This document shows positions 36,615 through 45,462 of a stretch of 64,000 nucleotides of DNA, in pieces. The notes below the pieces were generated by a model that made no database searches, was not told the origin of the DNA, and saw nothing but the letters and a program-made list of their open reading frames with translations. Position 1 is the stretch's first letter. Each line of letters begins with the position of its first letter. The position numbers and the translations under genes are program-made. Origin of the DNA: Pirellulales bacterium (GTDB taxonomy: Bacteria; Planctomycetota; Planctomycetia; Pirellulales; UBA1268); assembly GCA_044360305.1 (NCBI GenBank), contig JBIKKQ010000001.1, positions 6,760-70,759 of the forward strand, written 5' to 3'.

Positions 36615-36944
36615 TCAGTGCGCCGCGGCTTTCGAGAACAGGTTCAGGACGACGACGCCGGCCACGATCAGTCCCATGCCGAGCAGCGCCGCCGCGTCGA
36701 GCTTCTGGCCCATGAACAGCCAGCCGATCGCGGCCACGAGCGTCACGCCCGCGCCCGACCAGACCGCATAGGCCACTCCCACCGGAATCGTGTCGAGCGT
36801 GCGCGAGAGGAAAAAGAAGGCCAGGCCGTAGCCCACCACGACCGCCAGGCTCGGCAGCGGCTTCGTGAAACCCGCGGACGCCCTCAAGAAACTCGTCCCG
36901 ACCACCTCGGCCACGATCGCGATCGCCAGATAGATCCAGTGCAT
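36615..36944 (-). CDS. SMR-family small multidrug efflux protein (EmrE/QacE-like)
   Basis: 109 aa, 4 TM helices. [23 protein letters not shown]...[30 protein letters not shown], with the conserved membrane Glu in AEVVGT. Confidence 0.88.
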   Translation of the reverse strand: MHWIYLAIAIVAEVVGTSFLRASAGFTKPLPSLAVVVGYGLAFFFLSRTLDTIPVGVAYAVWSGAGVTLVAAIGWLFMGQKLDAAALLGMGLIVAGVVVLNLFSKAAAH

Positions 36945-37087
36945 GAGCGTACAAGTCCCGAGACTTCAGGCCGATTCCTGCTCGCAGGATGAACCGATCG
37001 TCACACTCCGGCCACCGCCGGCCGGAAGGGACGACCCCGTTCAAAGCCTCGATGATACCGCGGGCCGCATCCCATCGTTGACATGGC

Positions 37088-37861
37088 TCAATACATCCAG
37101 AGCCGAAGCCCCTGACACGCCGCCGCCGGCTGCGGCGTGCGCAGCGTCCGCCGCGCGAGCGACCGCACCTCGGCCGCCCGCATGCCGACCGTCGCCCAGT
37201 CGGCGAACGTCGCCCGCGGCCGGCGCGCGGCCGGCGGCAGGCCCCAGGCATCCCCCACCCGCTGCCAGAGGTCGTCGAGCCGCGGCCGCCGCAGGTGCAG
37301 GGCGTCGAACCCATACCAGCCGCCGGGCTGCTCGATGAAGGCGGCCCCCGACTCGGCGGCGATCGCCCGCAGCTCCTCGTCGAGCCACGCCGCCCCCTCC
37401 TGGATCCCATCGAGCGACAGCGGACAGCCGGGCACGTAGACCGTGCGCATCAGCCGGTAGCGAACCCGCCCGACGCCCGCGATGCTCTCCAGCGGCAGGC
37501 CGACGACCGCGATCCGGGCGCCGCGGTCGCGGAGCCGACCCACGGCCGTGCGGACGGCCGTCGCCACCGCGGCGACGCCGAGTCCATAGAGCAGTTCGTT
37601 GCCCACGTCCATGACGAGCGCCGCGGGCGCCGACACCTGCTCGCGGTCGAGCGCCCGCCACAGGCCGCTCGCGAGGATCGACGGCAGCCGGCGCATACCG
37701 ACCCGCGACGTGACCGCGTACCCGCGGCCGTGCCCCGCCGCCACGAACAGATCGGCCGGTGCGGCAGGCTGGGTACCAGCCCTGGCCCGGACCGCGGCCG
37801 CAAGCCGGGCCAGACCGCGTGACACGTTGCTCGCCCCGAGGACGACGAACCGGTCGCTCAT
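37088..37861 (-). CDS. SGNH/GDSL-like hydrolase family protein
   Basis: Start at MSDRFVVLGASNV (37861). Block-like motifs: GASN (block I), DVGNEL (block III), DALH (block V). Confidence 0.55.
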   Translation of the reverse strand: MSDRFVVLGASNVSRGLARLAAAVRARAGTQPAAPADLFVAAGHGRGYAVTSRVGMRRLPSILASGLWRALDREQVSAPAALVMDVGNELLYGLGVAAVATAVRTAVGRLRDRGARIAVVGLPLESIAGVGRVRYRLMRTVYVPGCPLSLDGIQEGAAWLDEELRAIAAESGAAFIEQPGGWYGFDALHLRRPRLDDLWQRVGDAWGLPPAARRPRATFADWATVGMRAAEVRSLARRTLRTPQPAAACQGLRLWMY

Positions 37862-37883
37862 CGGGCGGCCTGCACGGTCGTGG

Positions 37884-38666
37884 TCAGTTCCAGCGCCGCC
37901 ACGGCGGCGGCCCGGCGGAGAGCGACTGAAAGCACGAGGCCGCCAGCATCGCGAACATGATCCCCAGGTAGGGCTCGTTGCGGGTGTAGCCCCAGAAGGC
38001 GACCGCGGCCCCCACCACCACGCCGATGACGCCGGCGATCCGCTCCGCATCGGGCACGTCGAGGGCCAGCAGGCCCTCGCGGACGATCTGGCCGCCATCG
38101 AGCGGCGGCACCGGCACGAGGTTGAGGAGCGGCCAGAGGACATTCACGTAGAGCAGGAAATCACAGACGGCATAGGCATAGGGGGAGGCGAACGGCCGCC
38201 CCTCGTAGAACCCCAGCCGGGCGCCGATCGCCTCCAGCGGAAACGGCACGAGCAGCCCGCCGGCCCTGAGCCCGGCCGCGACCGCCGCCGCGAGCAGGAG
38301 TTGGGCTGCCGGCCCCGCCGCCGACACGAGCAGCCGCTGGGCCGGCCGCAGGTGGCCGCGTCTGCCCCACGCTCCGGGAATCGCCAGACCGCCGAAGTGG
38401 TAGAGCACGACCCGCGCGGACTGCCCGAAGAACCGGTAGGCCAGCGCGTGGCCGAATTCGTGGACGAGGAGCGAGACGAAGACGACGCCGATCCAGATGG
38501 CGAGCAGCTGCAAGAGCATCCGCTGGTCGCTGCCGGCCATCGACTGGCACACGCTCCAGCCGAGCAGGGCCGCGGCGAGCCAGAACCAGGCCGACACGCG
38601 GACGCGGATGCCGAGGATCTCGAAATGCCAGTCGGCCCCGGTCTCCTGCGGTTCTGCGAGCGGCAT
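37884..38666 (-). CDS. M50 family (site-2 protease-like) membrane metalloprotease
   Basis: HEFGH motif (LLVHEFGHALAY) and NLVPVPPLDGG; multiple TM helices. Confidence 0.85.
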   Translation of the reverse strand: MPLAEPQETGADWHFEILGIRVRVSAWFWLAAALLGWSVCQSMAGSDQRMLLQLLAIWIGVVFVSLLVHEFGHALAYRFFGQSARVVLYHFGGLAIPGAWGRRGHLRPAQRLLVSAAGPAAQLLLAAAVAAGLRAGGLLVPFPLEAIGARLGFYEGRPFASPYAYAVCDFLLYVNVLWPLLNLVPVPPLDGGQIVREGLLALDVPDAERIAGVIGVVVGAAVAFWGYTRNEPYLGIMFAMLAASCFQSLSAGPPPWRRWN

Positions 38667-38762
38667 TCAATGACTTCCTGGGGCTTGATCCGGAATCGCG
38701 ATCCGGCGTCGCCGTCATCTTCCGGGGGCGCGGGCCGGTCATGCAAGCCGGCGGTCGGGCCG

Positions 38763-39989
38763 TCAGGCCGCGAGCCGGCGACCGGCCGCCGGCACCTGCC
38801 CCGGCCGGGCGATCTCCAGCACCGCGGCCGCCGCCCGCGCGGCCGACCCGCTCTGCACCACGCCCGCCGCGATCGCGTCGAGCCGGGCGACGACGCCTGC
38901 CCGGGCCGCCGGATCGACGAGCCATTCGCAGACGTGGCTGGCAGCCTGCGGCGCCGGATCCTGCACCACGAGATACTCGGGAAATACGGCCTCGGGGTCG
39001 GCGGGGGCGACGGTCGTGGGAGGCCGGAGCACAGGGCGGACCGGCCCCACCGGCTCGCGGCATGCGAGCAGGTTCACGAGCGTGATGAACCGGGCGTGAC
39101 GGAACCAGCTCTGCACGACGTAGGCCAGACCGCCGATGCGATAGACGATCACCGTCGGCACCCGGGCCGCGAGCAGTTCCAGCGACACCGATCCCGAGCA
39201 GGCGATCGCCGCCGTGGCCGTGGCGATCAGGCTCGGCGTTCGGCCCGCGTGCACCTCGATGCCCAGCGACCGGGCCGCGGGATCGGACGCGAGCGCCGCC
39301 TCGATCCGCCGGGCATGGCGGTCGTGCAGCGCGCCGATCGCGAGCCGGGAGTCGGGCACCCGGCGGCGGATCGTCGCCGCCGCCCGCAGAAGCGTGCCGA
39401 GCACGCCCTCGATCTCCTGCCCGCGCGAGCCCGGCAGCAGCAGCACCAGCGGCCGCGGATCGGCCGGGCCGCGGTCGGCCGTCGCGGCGTGCGGCTCGTC
39501 GAAGAACGGATGGCCGACGAGCGTGCTTTGCAGCCCCTGGGCGACGAACCAGTCGTGCTCGAAGGGGAGCGCCGCCAGCACGTGGTCGACGAGCCGGCGC
39601 ATCTTGCCGACCCGCCACTGGGCCCAGGCCCAGACCTGCGGCGGGCAGTAGAACACGACCGGGATGCCGTGCCGTTTCGCCCGCCAGGCGAGCCACCAGT
39701 GGAAGCCGGGGAAATCGACGAGCACGCAGACGTCGGGGCGGGTGTCGAGGAAACTCCGCTCGGCACGCCGGGCGAGATCGACGAAGCGGTGGATGTTGAC
39801 GAGCACCCGCAGGAACCACATCACGGCCAGCCGCGTCATGTCGGCGACGAGCCGGCAGCCGGCAGCCTCCAGCTGAGGACCGCCGAGGCCGACGCACTCC
39901 ACGTCGGGCAGCCGGTCGCGGAGGGCGCGCACGAGGAGCGCGGCGTGATGGTCGCCCGATGGCTCGCCCGCCGAGACGAAGACGCGCAT
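38763..39989 (-). CDS. lpxB: Lipid-A-disaccharide synthase
   Basis: MRVFVSAGEPSGDHHAALLVRALR...VCVLVDFPGFHWWLAWRAKRHGIPVVFYCPPQVWAW...GSRGQEI. Confidence 0.88.
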   Translation of the reverse strand: MRVFVSAGEPSGDHHAALLVRALRDRLPDVECVGLGGPQLEAAGCRLVADMTRLAVMWFLRVLVNIHRFVDLARRAERSFLDTRPDVCVLVDFPGFHWWLAWRAKRHGIPVVFYCPPQVWAWAQWRVGKMRRLVDHVLAALPFEHDWFVAQGLQSTLVGHPFFDEPHAATADRGPADPRPLVLLLPGSRGQEIEGVLGTLLRAAATIRRRVPDSRLAIGALHDRHARRIEAALASDPAARSLGIEVHAGRTPSLIATATAAIACSGSVSLELLAARVPTVIVYRIGGLAYVVQSWFRHARFITLVNLLACREPVGPVRPVLRPPTTVAPADPEAVFPEYLVVQDPAPQAASHVCEWLVDPAARAGVVARLDAIAAGVVQSGSAARAAAAVLEIARPGQVPAAGRRLAA

Positions 39990-40029
39990 GAAAAACTCCG
40001 GCCGGGGACCCTTCGGCCCCGGCCGGAGT
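39990..40029 (-). terminator. Strong intrinsic terminator directly abutting the lpxB start codon
   Basis: On the minus strand, ACTCCGGCCGGGG-(9-nt loop)-CCCCGGCCGGAGT forms a 13-bp perfect GC-rich stem. TTTTT follows, then C, then the lpxB ATG. Confidence 0.6.
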
Positions 40030-40120
40030 ATTTCAGATCGCGTCCCCCATCCCTAGCCCAGTTCGGGCGGGAACGGGCGCATGCAGCCCGGCGTCGCAAG
40101 GCCGCCGGTGTCGCTGCGGC

Positions 40121-40555
40121 TCACTTCGCCGCCGCAAAACCCTTCTCGATCTTGCCGAACACCATGTTCACCTGCTCATCGGGAGCGGCCTTCTCGACCT
40201 TGGCCTTGCAGTTGGGGCAGCAGAAGCCAACCTCGGCGTCGCCGATCGCGATCTTCGTGCCGTCCTTCACCGGCCCGCCGCTGAACGGGCAGCCCTTCTG
40301 GACGAGCTGGCCGGTGGACACCATCTGCTGATGGGCCTTGGCCGCGAACGGGGCGGAGTCCCCCTTGAACTTCGACTCGCAGTTGCCGCAGCAGAACCAG
40401 ACCTTGCCGCCGGCGAAGTCGGCCGCCTGCTCGGGGTTGCAGGCCTTCCCCGACACGGGGCACTTGGCGTCCTTCGGCTCTTTGACGGCGGCCGACACGG
40501 CCACGGCCGAGAGGATGAGGGCGACGGACATGACAGCCAGCGCGAGACGCTTCAT
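40121..40555 (-). CDS. Secreted protein with two YHS/TRASH-like Cys motifs
   Basis: Signal MKRLALAVMSVALILSAVAVSAA. Two units: CPVSGKACNPEQAADFAGGKVWFCCGNCESKF and CPFSGGPVKDGTKIAIGDAEVGFCCPNCKAKV. Confidence 0.7.
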   Translation of the reverse strand: MKRLALAVMSVALILSAVAVSAAVKEPKDAKCPVSGKACNPEQAADFAGGKVWFCCGNCESKFKGDSAPFAAKAHQQMVSTGQLVQKGCPFSGGPVKDGTKIAIGDAEVGFCCPNCKAKVEKAAPDEQVNMVFGKIEKGFAAAK

Positions 40556-40681
40556 CGGATCATGCTCCTGGAGACATGGGGGAGTGGTGCGAACCTCGTC
40601 GGGCGATCCGGCTGCCGGACGCCGTGGTCGCAGATTCTAAGGTCGGGCCCGCCGCCGGCACAACGGCTTCTTTTCACGCCA

Positions 40682-41992
40682 TCAGCCGCGTTGACGCGGT
40701 TCGGGCAGCCCCCAGGCGACCGCCCCCCCGGCCGCGATCACCAGGGCCCCGACGAGAAACACCGGCCGGAAACCGACGACGTCGATCCCCCAGCCCACCA
40801 GCGGCGAGATCGCGAACGGGGCCGCCAGCGCGGCCCCGACGAGGCTCACGTAGCGGGCGTGTTCGCCGGGCCGCGGCGCGAGTTCCAGGGCGTAGTTCGT
40901 GAACATCGTCAGCGCGATCGGATTCAGCCCCAGCGGCGCGTAGACGAGCCAGAACCAGCCCGCCGCGACGGCCGGCGGCAGGTAGGAAAGCGCCGTCACC
41001 AGCACCGGCGTGAGCGCCGCGCCCCCCACGAGCCAGGCGAGCACCAGCCGGGTCCCGCGCCGGTCCGCGACCGGGCCGGCCACGAGGCTGGCGCACGCGG
41101 TGGCCGCGTTCTGCACCACGACCCACGTCAGCAGGCTGCCGCGCGGGCAGCCGAGGTCGTCGCGGGCGAAGGCCTGATAGTGGGGGAAGAGCATGAGCAC
41201 GGCCGAGAACATCGCCGCCACCACCGCCAGGCGAACCAGCGCCGGATCGGCGGCGACCGCCTCGCGCCAGCCGGCCAGCCCCGGCCGCGGACCGGCGGCG
41301 GCCGCGGGCCGATCGGCGGGCTCGTCGAGCAGCGCGGGAATCGCGGCGGCCAGACCGAAGAAGCCCGCCGTCGCCGCGAAGATCCGCGGGAAGCCGTCCG
41401 CCGCGGCGAGCCACGGGCCGAGGAGGGCCACGGCCGCCACGATCGCCAGGATGCTCCCGATCGTCACGCTGACCACCATGGCCCGGCCGCGCTGCCCCGG
41501 CGGAATCAGCTTGCCGCGCAGCGCCGCAGCCACGAGCTGGTTGAGCCCGTTGGCCACCGAGAAGGTCGCGTAGACGAGCAGGAACAACACCGCCAGCAGA
41601 TCCGGACGGACGGCCTGCAGCGGCTGCCAGGCGACCGCCAGCACCGCGAAGCAGGCGGCCATCGCCAGGCTCGTGCGGACGAGCGTCCACTTCTTCACCG
41701 GCCGGCGGCCGAGCACGCCGGCGAAGGCCAGCGGCGGCAGGCTCTGCCCCGCCCGGTTGAGCACCGGGAGGAACCCGCGCAGCAGGCCCGAATCGACGAC
41801 CGCGTCGAGCACCGCAGGCATGATGATGGTCTCGGTCTTGAAGATCCACCCCACCCGGACGACGACCTGATAGGCCTCGAGCCGGAGGATGTTGCGGGCT
41901 TCACGGCCGGGGTCGGGGCCGCCGACGGTCCCGCTCGCGTTGCATCCGGGGCCGGCAGGGGTAGGATTTGCGGATGTCGGCGGCGGGTTCAT
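40682..41992 (-). CDS. MFS-type transporter
   Basis: Only the last 436 codons of ORF 40682..43174 are used (start MNPPPTS at 41992). About 12 hydrophobic helices. The upstream part of that ORF is antisense to the lactonase gene. Confidence 0.7.
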   Translation of the reverse strand: MNPPPTSANPTPAGPGCNASGTVGGPDPGREARNILRLEAYQVVVRVGWIFKTETIIMPAVLDAVVDSGLLRGFLPVLNRAGQSLPPLAFAGVLGRRPVKKWTLVRTSLAMAACFAVLAVAWQPLQAVRPDLLAVLFLLVYATFSVANGLNQLVAAALRGKLIPPGQRGRAMVVSVTIGSILAIVAAVALLGPWLAAADGFPRIFAATAGFFGLAAAIPALLDEPADRPAAAAGPRPGLAGWREAVAADPALVRLAVVAAMFSAVLMLFPHYQAFARDDLGCPRGSLLTWVVVQNAATACASLVAGPVADRRGTRLVLAWLVGGAALTPVLVTALSYLPPAVAAGWFWLVYAPLGLNPIALTMFTNYALELAPRPGEHARYVSLVGAALAAPFAISPLVGWGIDVVGFRPVFLVGALVIAAGGAVAWGLPEPRQRG

Positions 41993-42019
41993 CGCCGCAG
42001 AACATGAGGAGTTTTCCCG

Positions 42020-43120
42020 ATGCCGTCCATCCGCGTTCTCGCGGCCCTGTTGTTGCTCGCGGCGACCATGCCGCCGGCCGCGGCGTCGGCCGCCGAGCAG
42101 CTCGTCTGGTTCGGCACCTACACCGGCCAAGGCACCGGGTCGGAGGGGATCTACGTCGCCCGGTTCGACGACCAGGCGGGCACGTTCGGTCCGGTGGAAC
42201 TCGCCGCCAAGACGACCACGCCCTCGTTCATCGCCCTGCATCCGACGCTGCCCGTGCTCTACGCGGCCTGCGAATTCGTGGGCAAGGTCGAGGCGTTCAC
42301 AATCGACGAGGCGACCGGCAAGCTGGCGCCGAAGGGCCGCGGGGCGGCCTGGGCCTGCCATCTGTCCGTCACGCCCCGCGGATCCGCGATGCTGGCCGCC
42401 GGGGGTGCGGGAGTCGCCTGCCTGCAGCTCGGGGCCGACGGCGGCATCGGCAGCGCCGTGGTGCTCGCACACAAGGCTCCTCCAGGCGTCGGTGCCAAGT
42501 CGTTTCCCCACTCCGCCTATCCGACGCCGGACGGCCGGTTCGCCGTCGCCTGCGACATGAACTTCGACCGCGTCTTCGTCCACGCGCTCGACGCTGCCAA
42601 GCCGGCCCTCGCGACCCACGGCGAAGTCGCGCTGCCTGCCGGCACCGGCCCGCGGCACTTCGCCTTCCATCCCGGCGGCCGCCACGGCTACGCGGTGAAC
42701 GAGAAGAATGCGACCGTGACGGCGTTCGCCTTCGATCCCGAGGCGGGCGTGCTCTCCGAGTTGCAGACGATCTCCACGCTCCCGGAGGGCACCACCGACA
42801 AGTGCGCCACCGCGGAGATTGCCATCCATCCCTCCGGTCGGTTTCTCTACGCCTCGAACCGTGGCCCCGACTCGATCGCGATGTACGCCGTCGACGCGAC
42901 CACGGGGAAACTTTCCTTCCTCGGCGCGGAGCCGATCCGCGGCAAGGAACCGCGAAACTTCGTCATCGCCCCCGGCGGCCGGTTTCTCCTCGCCGCCGGC
43001 CAGCACTCGGCCAGCGTGACGGTGTTCGCCATCGACCCGGATAGCGGCCGGCTCGAGTTCACGGGCACCAAGGCCGACGTGCCCACGCCGACCTGCATCC
43101 GCTTCCGGCCGGCAGGGTGA
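42020..43120 (+). CDS. Secreted 7-bladed beta-propeller lactonase (6-phosphogluconolactonase/YbhE-like)
   Basis: Signal MPSIRVLAALLLLAATMPPAAASA. IYVARFD...PSFIALHP...PRHFAFHPGGRHGYAVNEKNATVTAFAFD...IAIHPSGRFLYASNRG.DSIAMYAVD...PRNFVIAPGGRFLLAAGQHSASVTVFAID. Confidence 0.8.
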   Translation: MPSIRVLAALLLLAATMPPAAASAAEQLVWFGTYTGQGTGSEGIYVARFDDQAGTFGPVELAAKTTTPSFIALHPTLPVLYAACEFVGKVEAFTIDEATGKLAPKGRGAAWACHLSVTPRGSAMLAAGGAGVACLQLGADGGIGSAVVLAHKAPPGVGAKSFPHSAYPTPDGRFAVACDMNFDRVFVHALDAAKPALATHGEVALPAGTGPRHFAFHPGGRHGYAVNEKNATVTAFAFDPEAGVLSELQTISTLPEGTTDKCATAEIAIHPSGRFLYASNRGPDSIAMYAVDATTGKLSFLGAEPIRGKEPRNFVIAPGGRFLLAAGQHSASVTVFAIDPDSGRLEFTGTKADVPTPTCIRFRPAG

Positions 43121-43127
43121 ACAGCCG

Positions 43128-43478
43128 ATGATGCTCTGTCTGCTGAAGTCGAAGATCCACCGCGCGGTGGTCACCGGCGCCTCGGTCGATTACGAGGGGA
43201 GCCTGACGATCGCCGCCGACCTCGCCGCACGGGTCGGGCTCCGGGCCTACGAGCGGATCCTCGTCGGCAACATGGCCAACGGCGAGCGGTTCGAGACCTA
43301 CGTGATCCTCGGACCGGAAGGTTCCGGCGTCATCGAGCTCAACGGCGCCACCGCCCACCTCGGCAAGCCGGGGGACAGGCTGACGATCATGTCGTTCACC
43401 TGGATCGACTCGGCCGAGGCCGCGGATCACCATCCGGCCGTGATCGTGCTCGGCGCCGGCAACACCGTCGTGCGCTGA
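43128..43478 (+). CDS. panD: Aspartate 1-decarboxylase
   Basis: LLKSKIHRAVVTGASVDYEGSLTIAADL (self-cleavage G|S site)...GERFETYVI...GVIELNGATAHLGKPGDRLTIMSF. Confidence 0.93.
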   Translation: MMLCLLKSKIHRAVVTGASVDYEGSLTIAADLAARVGLRAYERILVGNMANGERFETYVILGPEGSGVIELNGATAHLGKPGDRLTIMSFTWIDSAEAADHHPAVIVLGAGNTVVR

Positions 43479-44059
43479 TGATCAGCCTGCGCCGCCGAAC
43501 GATCGTCGCGGTGCTGGCGGCGATCGCCGGCTGCGGCGGGCCGGCCCGGCCCCATCCCGCCGTCGGACAGCGGTTTCCGGCGTTGCCGATCCGGCGGCTC
43601 ACCGATCCGACCGTGCCGGCTCCGACGCTCACCGGCAAGGTCACGCTGGTCAACTTCTGGGGGCCATGGTGCCCCCCCTGCCGCCGCGAGTTGCCGGCCC
43701 TTGCCCGGCTTGCCGCCCGGCTCCGCGACGATCCGCGATTCCAGTTCGTCGCCGTGGCGAGCGCGGCGGGGCCCGACGACGAGGCGGATCTCGCCGCCGA
43801 CGTGAAGCGGTTCCTCTCGGCCGAGCGGCTCGACATCGACGCCTGGGCATTCGCCGATTCGCTCTCCCGCCTTCCGTTCACCGCCGGGGGCGTCGCGGGC
43901 CCGCTGCTCGAAGCCTTTCCCACGACCTATCTGATCGGCAGCGACGGCACCGTGCTGCACGGCTGGATCGGCTACCGTGAGGGCATCGAGACCGAGATCG
44001 CCGGCGCCGTCGTCACGGCGCTGCGCGACGTTCCCGCACCACCGTCGCCCGGCCATTGA
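43478..44059 (+). CDS. TlpA/ResA-like thiol:disulfide oxidoreductase lipoprotein
   Basis: ATGA overlap with panD. Lipobox LAAIAGCGG; thioredoxin motif [16 protein letters not shown]. Confidence 0.82.
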   Translation: MISLRRRTIVAVLAAIAGCGGPARPHPAVGQRFPALPIRRLTDPTVPAPTLTGKVTLVNFWGPWCPPCRRELPALARLAARLRDDPRFQFVAVASAAGPDDEADLAADVKRFLSAERLDIDAWAFADSLSRLPFTAGGVAGPLLEAFPTTYLIGSDGTVLHGWIGYREGIETEIAGAVVTALRDVPAPPSPGH

Positions 44060-44097
44060 CCGGGCGTGAATCACACCTCGAGGAGGACCGCGCCCCA

Positions 44098-45405
44098 ATG
44101 GCGACCACGATCAGCGCACTCGACGTCCACGACCTGCGGTTCCCCACGTCGCGGGAGCTCGACGGCTCCGACGCGATGAACCCCGACCCGGACTATTCCG
44201 CCGCCTACTGCGTGCTGCGGACCGCGGGGGGACCGGAGGGGCACGGATTCACGTTCACGATCGGCCGCGGCAACCAGCTCTGCTGCCAGGCGATCGAGGC
44301 GCTGCGGCCCCTGGTCGTCGGCCAGTCGCTGGAGGCGATCGCCGCCGACATGGCCGGCTTCTGGCGCCGGATCACGGGCGACAGCCAGCTGCGCTGGGTC
44401 GGCCCCGAGAAGGGGGTGATCCACATGGCGACCGGCGCGGTCGTCAACGCGGTCTGGGACCTGCTGGCGAAGCGGGCGGGCAGGCCGCTGTGGCGGCTGC
44501 TGGCGGAGATGTCGCCGGAGGAGCTCGTGGCCTGCATCGACTTCCGCTACATCACCGACGCCCTGACGCCGGACGAGGCGCTGGCGATCCTCGCCCGGCT
44601 CGCCCCGACCCGGGCCGAACGGATCGCGCACCTCGAGGCCGAGGGCTATCCCGCCTACACGACCTCCGCCGGCTGGCTCGGCTACTCCGACGACAAGCTC
44701 CGCGACCTCTGCCGGCGCGGGCTGGCCGCCGGCTGGGACTGCTTCAAGATCAAGGTCGGCCGTGACCTCGCCGACGACATCCGGCGCTGCCGGATCATCC
44801 GCGACGAGATCGGCCCGGCGCGGCGCATGATGGTCGATGCCAACCAGGTCTGGGACGTGCCGCAGGCGATCGAGTGGATGCGGCACCTCGCCGAGTTCCG
44901 GCCGTGGTTCATCGAGGAGCCGACCAGCCCCGATGACATCCTCGGCCACGCCGCGATCGCCAGGGCCGTGGCTCCGATCCTCGTCGCCACCGGCGAGCAC
45001 TGCGCCAACCGGGTGATGTTCAAGCAGTTCATGCAGGCGGGCGCGATCGGCGTTTGCCAGATCGACAGCTGCCGGATCGGCGGCGTCAACGAGATCCTGG
45101 CGGTGATACTCATGGCGGCGAAGTTTGGCATCCCGGTCTGCCCGCACGCCGGCGGCGTCGGCCTCTGCGAGTACGTGCAGCACCTGTCGATGTTCGACTA
45201 CGTCTGCGTCAGCGGCACGCTCGAGAACCGGCTCACGGAGCATGCCGGCCACCTCCACGAGCATTTCAAGGACCCGATCCGGATGCGGAACGGCCGTTAC
45301 CTGCCGCCGACGATGCCCGGCTACAGCGCGGAGATGTGGCCGCGGTCGATCGCGGACCACGAGTTCCCCGGCGGCGCGGTCTGGCGCGACGCGGCCGCGA
45401 CCTGA
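44098..45405 (+). CDS. fucD: L-fuconate dehydratase (enolase superfamily, MR/MLE family)
   Basis: [42 protein letters not shown]...[49 protein letters not shown]. This closely follows the Xanthomonas FucD N-terminus as I recall it. AGGAGG lies 11 nt upstream of the ATG at 44098. Confidence 0.82.
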   Translation: MATTISALDVHDLRFPTSRELDGSDAMNPDPDYSAAYCVLRTAGGPEGHGFTFTIGRGNQLCCQAIEALRPLVVGQSLEAIAADMAGFWRRITGDSQLRWVGPEKGVIHMATGAVVNAVWDLLAKRAGRPLWRLLAEMSPEELVACIDFRYITDALTPDEALAILARLAPTRAERIAHLEAEGYPAYTTSAGWLGYSDDKLRDLCRRGLAAGWDCFKIKVGRDLADDIRRCRIIRDEIGPARRMMVDANQVWDVPQAIEWMRHLAEFRPWFIEEPTSPDDILGHAAIARAVAPILVATGEHCANRVMFKQFMQAGAIGVCQIDSCRIGGVNEILAVILMAAKFGIPVCPHAGGVGLCEYVQHLSMFDYVCVSGTLENRLTEHAGHLHEHFKDPIRMRNGRYLPPTMPGYSAEMWPRSIADHEFPGGAVWRDAAAT

Positions 45406-45462
45406 CCGACGGTCAGCGGCGGCGACTCGCGGGCAGGCCCCGCGGGCGAACCGGCCGGCTGA

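Noticed and set aside
41993-43174. Upper part of the 830-aa ORF 40682..43174
   Set aside because: It is antisense to the well-supported secreted beta-propeller lactonase gene. The MFS homology and hydrophobic helices start at MNPPPTS (41992).
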